DNA of 64,000 nt from Veleropilina oligotropha (lineage: Eukaryota), in the NCBI GenBank assembly GCA_048128005.1, contig JBEUKZ010000009.1:310001-374000 (forward strand), written 5' to 3'. The position numbers and the translations under genes are program-made. The notes beneath the pieces are model-generated. The model was not told the origin of the DNA and searched no databases. It saw only the letters and a list, made by a program, of their open reading frames with translations. Of the stretch, positions 14,977 to 22,849 are shown in pieces (positions within the stretch are counted from its first letter, which is position 1; each line of letters starts with the position of its first letter).

Positions 14977-15156
14977 GTAACTCATTATATTGGATAATTC
15001 CTTAACGACGCTATTGCTGGTTATTTTTGTGTAAAATTTCTAGCGTCGTTAATAGGCAGGACTGTTCTGATATTCCTTTAAGTTATTCTGATATCCTGCC
15101 GTTTCTGGGATAATACGCCATTGTACTAACATAAAAACATCCGCGAGGTTTTTCAG
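14977..15156 (+). other. Putative spliceosomal intron in the DIRS 5' leader (also 7670-7850 and 57421-57607)
   Basis: CAG|GTAACT donor, TACTAAC branch at 15124-15130, TTTTTCAG|G acceptor. Equivalent signals are present in all three copies. Confidence 0.6.
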
Positions 15157-15416
15157 GTGTTTTTCTGGGCGGTTTGTTCTAAGAGCAAACCCCCTTTTGT
15201 TTTAGTTCATTTGCCGGGTTTTTCCGGGTCGCGTCGGGTAATTACCCGACCTCGGTGATCCCAGTTCGGGGTTTTTTTGGCGGTATATCGCTGATCTTTG
15301 ATCTTCAGATCAGGGCAATTTAAAAGGAAGTTGTCGTAGTAACATAGTCACACTACCTTATATATACCTATTTATCTACCCCATACACCCACTCCCTGCC
15401 TCCCGTGTATTCAGCT

Positions 15417-17699
15417 ATGGTCCGGTGCAGTAGCTCCGGGTGTAACCAGAAAATACACGGATTTGATAAGCACAAGGAATGCCGTGTTCACCGTACTTGT
15501 AGTTTAAAACTTCAATGTGATCTGTGCCTTCTTTTATCAGATAAGCAGTGGGCTGTTCTCTCCCACCAGGGTAAGTCGACCAGGGCGACTGCCACGGCGG
15601 GTCCTCCCCCGGACCAGGGTCAGGAAGAGGCGAGTAAGTTAACGAGTTCCCTTAGGGGTTCCGTAAGGGATAACGTTTCTTCTTTCTCTGATTCAGGGAC
15701 GCTAATGGACGCCAGCAGACCTAAGGGGCCAGCTGTCGCCGGAACGGCACCCGGCGAAACCTCCGCGACTGTTGGGGGAGTCACCGAAACCCTGCCGGGA
15801 CCCCAGATTCAGGTACCGGCCCGAGTGCCGACCGTTCCTCCTCTAACGGGCCAAGTAACTGCAGCCAACCATACCTTGCCGGCTAGCAAGGTATATCTGG
15901 CAGCGCAGCGAACCGCTGAACAGGGCAGACAATCCCCTACCTTTTCTTCGGCCTCGAAGAATAAGGGGACAGTTAGTCCTTCTGCGGGAAACTCACCGTC
16001 TTCCTACGGTGACAGACTCATTGCAGAGAAAGCTTTTAAAGAGGCCGGGCACCTACTTGTAGGTCTAAGACCCGGACAATCGGCGACACCTGGATCCTCG
16101 ATCGAGACCGACGCGACTTCCCCTAGGGGTTTTCCGCTCAACCTCGAAGCTCACGAGATATTCAGAGGGCCCGTTCTTTCCCGTGCACCCACGATGGTCA
16201 CGCTAGAGAACGTGGACAGACCGGCTGCGTTCGGGACGGGGTTCTACGGCGGTTTTCCGACCGTGCCTCGACCGAGCAGAGTGGTAGACCGATCTGAACT
16301 GTTGCCGCAGTTCTATCGGTCGTCCGGCCCACCGACTGCGCCTTCGGGCCAGCCCTTCGGGTTCGACCCCTCGACAAGTGCCCTTGGACCCTGGTCCTCG
16401 GCCCCACCTGTCCGTGCAGCCCGTCTACCTTGCGCCACGGTTTCCTCGGCTGAACTACCGGCTGTTAGTTCACCGTCCGTCCTGCCTCCGGGTTTCTCTT
16501 TGGAGAACGTCCAGGCATGGATTGCGGCGGGTATCGAGGAACAGTGTAAGGCCTGGCCGACGGCTCCCCAGCCGCGCCTGGTACCTACACATCTGCCCAT
16601 GGCGCAGAGCACGGCTCCTGCCTCCGTGATGGAGATCGACCCTCGTTCCGACGAGGACCTCGATTCACGTCACTCCGACCTCCCTGAATCGGTCGGGCCC
16701 GAAGACGCTAGTCTTTCGGGCGCGCAGGAGCCGACCTCCTCCACCCGCCGAAGGCTCGACGCCGTTGCGTCACTTCGCGGGGTGCTTGGCTTGTCGGAAC
16801 CGACTCGGTCGGCCGTAGACATTGTCAAACACAGGACGGCAGCACATCGGTTTGTTGCGAGGGAAGCCCCCGAGCTCCCCTCCTTACCTCAGTCTGGGTT
16901 GGTTGATCTTGTCGTCGACTCGATCACCAAGCTCATTCAGGGGCGCAATCCGGTGGAGTCCTCCCCGCTGAACGAGTTCCCTTCGGGGTTCCGTAGTGGG
17001 AGGTACCTCCGGGCCAGTTCGCGAGCGATCCCGTTCGCCTGTACTGGTCCGTGCCTAGCGACTGACCCGGCTCGTGTCGACGCTTCGTTGCGTCGACTGA
17101 CCGCCAGTCACACTCCCTCCGTGGCGAAAGTTCCTTGGTCCGCCTTGGAATCTTTCGAGAGCGCCGCCCGACGGGCTCTACGGCTGTCGTCCGTACAGGA
17201 TTTTTTCCTGGACGGTGCGATTGCCGTACTACAGGAGGATGGACCCGGCGCCCACGAGGCTGCCCTGTCCTTCCTCCAGGAGGTTGCTGCCGCACAGGAG
17301 ACCAGTGCGTTGGAGACGGGACGTGTCCTGGGCAATGCGCTCCTACTTCGTAGGGACGCTTGCCTGGAAGGCACCTCGCTAGACGAGGCCACCCGGCGCT
17401 CGTTGCGATGCGTGCCTTGCTCGGCTACCACTCTTTTTGGCGACAACTTTTCGGAGTTTGTCGACAAGAGAGCGGCAGATATGAAGGACCGTGCCATCGA
17501 GAAGGCAGTACTGCACCCCACCCGGGGTCCACCTGCCGGCTCGAAGAAGCGCTCAGGGCCCACCCCGGCCCCGAAGCCTTCTAAGCGTGCGAAACCCTCT
17601 TCGGGTGGTAGGCCTCCGGCCATTAAACCCACTCCGAAGAAACAAGCACCTCCAGCGAAATCCCGCAAGCAGAGCGGGAGAGGGAAGCCTCGGCCCTAG
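15417..17699 (+). CDS. gag: DIRS ORF1, gag-like protein with N-terminal Cys/His zinc-binding cluster and basic C-terminus
   Basis: First ATG at 15417 gives MVRCSSSGC...HKECRVHRTC...QCDLC. About 760 aa, upstream of RT, conserved in copy 3. Confidence 0.88.
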   Translation: MVRCSSSGCNQKIHGFDKHKECRVHRTCSLKLQCDLCLLLSDKQWAVLSHQGKSTRATATAGPPPDQGQEEASKLTSSLRGSVRDNVSSFSDSGTLMDASRPKGPAVAGTAPGETSATVGGVTETLPGPQIQVPARVPTVPPLTGQVTAANHTLPASKVYLAAQRTAEQGRQSPTFSSASKNKGTVSPSAGNSPSSYGDRLIAEKAFKEAGHLLVGLRPGQSATPGSSIETDATSPRGFPLNLEAHEIFRGPVLSRAPTMVTLENVDRPAAFGTGFYGGFPTVPRPSRVVDRSELLPQFYRSSGPPTAPSGQPFGFDPSTSALGPWSSAPPVRAARLPCATVSSAELPAVSSPSVLPPGFSLENVQAWIAAGIEEQCKAWPTAPQPRLVPTHLPMAQSTAPASVMEIDPRSDEDLDSRHSDLPESVGPEDASLSGAQEPTSSTRRRLDAVASLRGVLGLSEPTRSAVDIVKHRTAAHRFVAREAPELPSLPQSGLVDLVVDSITKLIQGRNPVESSPLNEFPSGFRSGRYLRASSRAIPFACTGPCLATDPARVDASLRRLTASHTPSVAKVPWSALESFESAARRALRLSSVQDFFLDGAIAVLQEDGPGAHEAALSFLQEVAAAQETSALETGRVLGNALLLRRDACLEGTSLDEATRRSLRCVPCSATTLFGDNFSEFVDKRAADMKDRAIEKAVLHPTRGPPAGSKKRSGPTPAPKPSKRAKPSSGGRPPAIKPTPKKQAPPAKSRKQSGRGKPRP

Positions 17700-19773
17700 G
17701 GTTGCCGGCATTCGCGACGGTCCCGGTTGCTCGCTTCCGCCGGTGGGAGCGTGCCTGTCAGCGCACAGCCAGTCGTGGCTAGAGCTGACAGACAGCAACT
17801 GGGTCCACTTAGTCGTGAGTGCCGGATACAAGTTGGCATTCAACCGGCATCCGACCTTAACCGAGGCACCACCACCAAGACACGCTCGCCTCCTAAACGG
17901 AGAGAAACAAGCGGTCTTAGACCAGGCAGTGCGGGATTTGCTCCTAAAAAGAGCGATCTATCCCGCGCCGCCCAGCACACCAGGATTTTACAGCCATTTC
18001 TTCCTGGTCCCGAAACCCGATGGCCGCTGGAGACCGATCCTCGATCTCTCATATCTCAACCGATATCTTCGTACCGAGAAATTCCAGCAAGAAACCCTCT
18101 CGAAGATTCGAGCGGCCATCCGTCCGGGCGACTGGGCAGCGTCTATCGATCTAACCGACGCGTATCTGCATGTCCCGATGCATGTCACGGCTCATCAGTA
18201 CCTTCGGTTTATACACGGGGAGACGATTTACCAATTCAGGTGCCTACCGTTCGGTCTATCGTCAGCCCCTTACGTCTTCACGAGAACAGTACAGGCCCTC
18301 GGGGCCTTCCTACACTCTCTAGGGCACAGGGTACATATGTACCTCGACGACTGGCTGATCCTCGGGGCGTCCCGGGATCTGTGCCTCCGGTCTACGAGCT
18401 TTACCCTGTTATCGACGGGGCGACTGGGATTTCAGGTCAACGAGACCAAATCCTGCTTCGTACCCTCGACGACGTTTACGTTCCTCGGAGTCGACTTCGA
18501 TACGGTCCGGTACACCGCGAAGCCGACCCAGAAGCGTATGCGGAACCTACGCGCGGTTATCCAAGACACCCTGTCATCGGACGTAACTACAGCGCGACAA
18601 CTGGCCACTGTCCTAGGGCACATCGAGTCGGTAGCGACCCTGCTACCGACGGGTCGCATGGACAAACGACCGTTGCAGCAGGCGTTCAGGGATCGCTGGA
18701 TACAACGGACGGGGCAGTGGGCGGATCGCATCGATCTACGGCATTGGTTTACCGACACAACAGCTGTGTGGTTGAACCCTGCTTTGCCGGACCAGTCGGT
18801 TCCTATCTCCCCGCCAGAGCCGAACGCTTTCCTGTTCACAGACGCTTCGAACGACGGCTGGGGTGGTCACCTCGACAGTTACGAGACATCAGGCCTATGG
18901 CCGACGGACCTTCAGGGACGACACATCAACTTCCTAGAGTTAGAAGCAGTCTACCTGTCAGTACGGTCCCTCTCGTCACATCTCCGCAACAAGCACATAA
19001 TGCTCGCCACGGACAACACGACTGTCGTCGCTTACATTCAGCACCAGGGCGGCACTCGCTCGCGTCCCCTTTGCGACCGAGCAATCGACCTACACCGCTT
19101 AGTGATGTCCCTCAACTCGACGATTCGAGCCCGACACATCCCGGGAAGGCTGAATGTCAGAGCGGATTCGCTCTCTCGGAAATCACAGATAATACACACA
19201 GAGTGGACGCTACACAGCCGAGTAGCTCGGGATGTTTGCCGCCGGTGGTCGCAACCCCAAGTCGATCTGTTTGCAACAGAATTCAATTACCGACTACCTC
19301 TGTATGTCTCCCCGTACCCAGACCCGGCCGCCCTAGCGGTCGACGCACTGTCAATGACATGGGAGAATCTGTCCGCGTATGCCTTCCCCCCGTCGTGCAT
19401 TCTATCACTGGTATTACAGAAGGCATCGAACGAACGTTGCGAGATAACGCTAATAGCTCCCCTATATCGCACGCAACCTTGGTTTCCGACCCTCCTCGAT
19501 CTGATCGTCGATCGACCGTTAGCGTTACCGCAGAAACTAGACCTGTTAATGCAGCCACGCACCCGTGTACTCCACGAATCGCTGGCCGACTTACGTTTAC
19601 ACGCCTGGCGGTTATCGAACGATCCCTTGCTAAGAAAGGATTTTCTAAAGCTACAGCCCTACGCATCTATCGATCGAGAAGGCTTTCCACGACAAAAGTT
19701 TATGACTACCGATGGGTTAAGTACGTGGATTGGTGTCACAGCAGGCAGGTCAATATACTCCGTCCCCCTGTGA
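17491..19773 (+). CDS. pol: DIRS ORF2: reverse transcriptase, RNase H and Dam-like methyltransferase domain (true start unclear)
   Basis: RT motifs WRPILDL, SIDLTDAY, LPFGLSSAP, YLDD. RNase H motifs FTDAS..GWG, HINFLELEAV, DNTTVV. MTase-like VDLFA and AYAFPP. Confidence 0.95.
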   Translation: MPSRRQYCTPPGVHLPARRSAQGPPRPRSLLSVRNPLRVVGLRPLNPLRRNKHLQRNPASRAGEGSLGPRVAGIRDGPGCSLPPVGACLSAHSQSWLELTDSNWVHLVVSAGYKLAFNRHPTLTEAPPPRHARLLNGEKQAVLDQAVRDLLLKRAIYPAPPSTPGFYSHFFLVPKPDGRWRPILDLSYLNRYLRTEKFQQETLSKIRAAIRPGDWAASIDLTDAYLHVPMHVTAHQYLRFIHGETIYQFRCLPFGLSSAPYVFTRTVQALGAFLHSLGHRVHMYLDDWLILGASRDLCLRSTSFTLLSTGRLGFQVNETKSCFVPSTTFTFLGVDFDTVRYTAKPTQKRMRNLRAVIQDTLSSDVTTARQLATVLGHIESVATLLPTGRMDKRPLQQAFRDRWIQRTGQWADRIDLRHWFTDTTAVWLNPALPDQSVPISPPEPNAFLFTDASNDGWGGHLDSYETSGLWPTDLQGRHINFLELEAVYLSVRSLSSHLRNKHIMLATDNTTVVAYIQHQGGTRSRPLCDRAIDLHRLVMSLNSTIRARHIPGRLNVRADSLSRKSQIIHTEWTLHSRVARDVCRRWSQPQVDLFATEFNYRLPLYVSPYPDPAALAVDALSMTWENLSAYAFPPSCILSLVLQKASNERCEITLIAPLYRTQPWFPTLLDLIVDRPLALPQKLDLLMQPRTRVLHESLADLRLHAWRLSNDPLLRKDFLKLQPYASIDREGFPRQKFMTTDGLSTWIGVTAGRSIYSVPL

Positions 19774-20684
19774 ACAAATTTATCGAGTTTTTATCGTCGC
19801 TCTTCGACCGCGGTATGTCAGTGTCCGCCGTCAAAGGCTATCGGGCAACGATCGCGACCACGTTAAAACAGTGTCGTGCCCACGCTGGCCTCTCTAACGA
19901 CCGTACGATTTCAGATTTTATTAGATCCTACGAACTCGAGATACCGACCCGAACCATTCGGCCTCCTGCCTGGAATATTGTTCTAATTCTTAACGCATTA
20001 CTCTTACCTCCGTACGAGCCGATGTCCACGATTTCTATGAGGAACTTAACGCACAAAACAGTTTTTCTGATCGCCTTAGCGTCGGGCAGGCGTTGTTCCG
20101 AGATTCATAGCTTATCCGCCGAGCTTCGTGATATTAGATTCCAGTCAGACGGGTCGGTGATGCTGCGTCCTGTTCTGGGCTTCCTCGCCAAGAACCAGCG
20201 GCCGAACGAGGACGCTCCTGATATTATTATTCCCAAGCTTACGCTGGTCGGAAGGCATGATGTGGACCGGTTAAATTGCCCGGTACGGGCCCTGCGTTTC
20301 TACCTCGACAGAACCCGTGATTTCAGACAAGGAAAATTGCGTTTATTCATTTCGTATTTACCTTCCTTCACCCATGACATTACCAAGACTACTGTTTCGC
20401 GGTGGATTTCACAGGTGGTGAGAGATGTGTACTCTCGCTGTGAAGAAGTAGACCGCACTATTTTATCCGTGCGCACGCACGAGGTCCGTGCGATAGCTGC
20501 CTCCATTGCCTTCCGACATAATTTAAATATTACAGCGTTGCTTCAAGCAGCTTACTGGAAAACAGCTAATGTCTTCGTTAAGTATTATCTGCGGGACTAT
20601 TCAACCGGGGCTGACGGGTTGAGCACCCTACAATGTGTGGCTGCTCAACGTTGTATTGTTAGGCCGAGGTCGTCTAATCAGTGA
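17727..20684 (+). CDS. DIRS ORF3: tyrosine recombinase (C-terminal ~350 aa) with a long N-terminal frame overlapping ORF2
   Basis: ALASGRRCSEI (Arg), HEVR (H-x-x-R), YWK...F..YY (Trp/Tyr), CPVRAL. Frame stays open across ORF2. Confidence 0.93.
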   Translation: MLASAGGSVPVSAQPVVARADRQQLGPLSRECRIQVGIQPASDLNRGTTTKTRSPPKRRETSGLRPGSAGFAPKKSDLSRAAQHTRILQPFLPGPETRWPLETDPRSLISQPISSYREIPARNPLEDSSGHPSGRLGSVYRSNRRVSACPDACHGSSVPSVYTRGDDLPIQVPTVRSIVSPLRLHENSTGPRGLPTLSRAQGTYVPRRLADPRGVPGSVPPVYELYPVIDGATGISGQRDQILLRTLDDVYVPRSRLRYGPVHREADPEAYAEPTRGYPRHPVIGRNYSATTGHCPRAHRVGSDPATDGSHGQTTVAAGVQGSLDTTDGAVGGSHRSTALVYRHNSCVVEPCFAGPVGSYLPARAERFPVHRRFERRLGWSPRQLRDIRPMADGPSGTTHQLPRVRSSLPVSTVPLVTSPQQAHNARHGQHDCRRLHSAPGRHSLASPLRPSNRPTPLSDVPQLDDSSPTHPGKAECQSGFALSEITDNTHRVDATQPSSSGCLPPVVATPSRSVCNRIQLPTTSVCLPVPRPGRPSGRRTVNDMGESVRVCLPPVVHSITGITEGIERTLRDNANSSPISHATLVSDPPRSDRRSTVSVTAETRPVNAATHPCTPRIAGRLTFTRLAVIERSLAKKGFSKATALRIYRSRRLSTTKVYDYRWVKYVDWCHSRQVNILRPPVNKFIEFLSSLFDRGMSVSAVKGYRATIATTLKQCRAHAGLSNDRTISDFIRSYELEIPTRTIRPPAWNIVLILNALLLPPYEPMSTISMRNLTHKTVFLIALASGRRCSEIHSLSAELRDIRFQSDGSVMLRPVLGFLAKNQRPNEDAPDIIIPKLTLVGRHDVDRLNCPVRALRFYLDRTRDFRQGKLRLFISYLPSFTHDITKTTVSRWISQVVRDVYSRCEEVDRTILSVRTHEVRAIAASIAFRHNLNITALLQAAYWKTANVFVKYYLRDYSTGADGLSTLQCVAAQRCIVRPRSSNQ

Positions 20685-21516
20685 GTATTATTTGTTGATT
20701 GATCAATTTACATAATTCATGCTGACGCATTGTTATTTGTTGGCCTAGATGTTCGATGAAATCGACACATTTTGAGGCAATTCAATGTCTGTTCATTTCT
20801 TAAAAACATTTTAAGATTTTGTACTTCATGTCTTTTCTGAGTATACTGACAAGCCAGATTGCATTGAATTTAATAAACAAAAATATTGCGACAAACTTAT
20901 AAGATTTGAGGTTCAATATTATTGATGTTCTATGCTGTATAGACCATACGATGTTCAAGACATTGAAAAAATTTAATATTTGCTTCCCTTAAATTTATTT
21001 TAAGTAACATGTCGTACCTATTTGCTTCCTTAAAATTTTATTTTAAGTGACATGTCGTACATGTTAGCATTCGCAAGTTGGTCATGCGATTTATTTATTA
21101 ATATCGATTATTTGCAATAATCTATTAATTCTTTGCTTTTGATTTAAAGCTTTCACAACCTGTTAGGTTCCGTGTGCTTACAAATCCGACTGCATCCTCT
21201 GGCTACCGGCCTTCGGCCAGGAGTTCCATTTGGCTGCCACTGGCCCATGACACGTAAGACCTACGGGGATTCATCCTTCCGGCCGTGCCTGGGGCTGATT
21301 GCACTTCCGTTCACCTCGTCCGACTAACACCACGGCGTATTCTCCCGGTAACACTGGTCGAAATTCTCGCTTGGTAAGGGTAGAATAATACTCAGTAAAT
21401 TCCACTCTGGGCGGACACAATCGACGCTTCGAGCTGATTGACATGGTGACAAGTAAGTCATTATCTTGTTTGGGTTTGCTGTAAGGAACTTCTTACCCAC
21501 CTATCCAAGGTTATTC

Positions 21517-21606
21517 TGGCAAGAGTAAGGACGTAAGTAAGTTTGTAACTACATATGAGGTTTTAATTTAAACCTAATATTAGTTAAAACATACTTACGT
21601 CCTTAC
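21517..21606 (+). other. Internal complementary region (ICR) of DIRS copy 2
   Basis: Its reverse complement equals the right terminus joined to the left terminus (...AAAACCTC-AT-ATGTAGTTACAAAC...), the predicted circle junction. Confidence 0.93.
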
Positions 21607-21664
21607 CACGATTACCCACCCTGCTTCGCATTCCTCCCCTCTACTAAGTTCCTTTGGGGTTCTG

Positions 21665-21867
21665 AACTTTGAATTGAGGTCTTGTGACTTCGATGCTTCG
21701 GAAGTCTCGCGAGACTTGGCGAGATCTCGCTGGGGGAACTTAGGAGAGCGGGAGCAGGGGAGGTGATCGTGGTACGTTTTGACTTATAAAGAGTGCATAA
21801 TGTGACTTATTCACTGTTTCCGGTTAGCGATAATATTACTATTATGGCAAGAGTAAGGACGTAAGTA
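21665..21867 (-). repeat. Right inverted terminal repeat of DIRS copy 2
   Basis: Reverse complement of 14445-14647. Confidence 0.95.
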
Positions 21868-22175
21868 TGTTTTAACTAATATTAGGTTTAAATTAAAACC
21901 TCATTTTTTAACTTAAGGAAAATGTGTAGGTGAAATTTATCTACTTTGATCTCAAGCAATGACTCTAATTCCCAATATGTGTATGTGTAGGTCACTCCTT
22001 ACTATGCTGTTAATGGTAATAGGTACATTATTGAGGTATTTTTGGTTGAAACATGCTTTATATGAACTTTGATTTTGCATTAAGGAAAATGTTTGGATGA
22101 TGATTTTTAAAAATTTTCTCTCAAGGTAAGTACATGTAGTTATATCAGATATATTCAACTTTTTTTATTGGATTA

Positions 22176-22777
22176 CCTTATTTGACCGTTTAAGCGCACA
22201 GTGTGGAAAAAAAATAAAATTTCCTATAAATTTGTCGTTCGTTTAAGCGCAGAAGTAAAAAAATCTCTGCTTTCCTCGTGACGTCAGTTTCGAATGGCAC
22301 TTTGCAACGACAAAAAAACATCTACGATGTAATATAACACCAATTTATTCTGACAAGAAATACTATCTACGGTAAATCATTTGTAAACATCGTTACAAAG
22401 CACAAAAACAATCTTATCAGCAATTAAAACAGTCTTACTTGCGGTGGAAGCCTCCAACGAACAAAATCAATATCAATGTCACGTGATTTACTAAGACTAC
22501 AGGGACCATTCATTTTCTAAAACTATCCTATAATAGGACTAGGATTACCGTAGGTATCGCTTCAAGCATTAAATGACAGGTCCCGATCCATATGACGTCG
22601 CTGTAACCTCGCCGTATTGCAGAAAAGCATGGCGACCGCAAATCCAGCTGAAACCGCTGAGAGTACCTTTGAATTTCACTCGGTTGTTCGTGGATTTCAC
22701 ATTTATAAACATATCTTGACACGAGAAAAGGGGGTGGGCGCTTAATATGGTATGTGCGCTTATACGGTCGAATACAG
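22176..22777. mobile_element. pogo/Tigger-like MITE
   Basis: TA-flanked imperfect TIRs CCTTATTTGACCGTTTAAGCGCAC and GTGCGCTTATACGGTCGAATACAG. Confidence 0.7.
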
Positions 22778-22849
22778 TATGTGAAATATACCAACCAAAT
22801 AGTAATTATAATTATATTAAATAGAATTTGTTTGGGTTTAGAAAGCACA

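Larger units (their letters stand above)
14428..21904 (+). mobile_element. Intact full-length DIRS1-like tyrosine-recombinase retrotransposon, copy 2 (about 7.5 kb)
   Basis: 203-bp ITRs at 14445-14647 and 21665-21867, apparently identical. ICR at 21517-21606 is complementary to both termini. Three intact ORFs. Shared AT at both ends. Confidence 0.97.

Noticed and set aside
15002..15130. Intronic H/ACA snoRNA
   Set aside because: The two hairpins are only 2 nt apart, leaving no H-box hinge.
17705..17751. MuLV-like H-type pseudoknot after the gag TAG
   Set aside because: CCGGC/GCCGG plus the hairpin would leave a 1-nt connecting loop, which is implausible. Only the hairpin is retained.
21155..21512. 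Hammerhead or HDV ribozyme in the DIRS 3' region
   Set aside because: No CTGANGA...GAAA core or clear HDV nested pseudoknot found by eye.
7133..21904. Copies 1 and 2 as a tandem duplication or assembly artefact
   Set aside because: They have distinct, self-consistent ITR and ICR variants, and the 16-bp spacer matches the host repeat.
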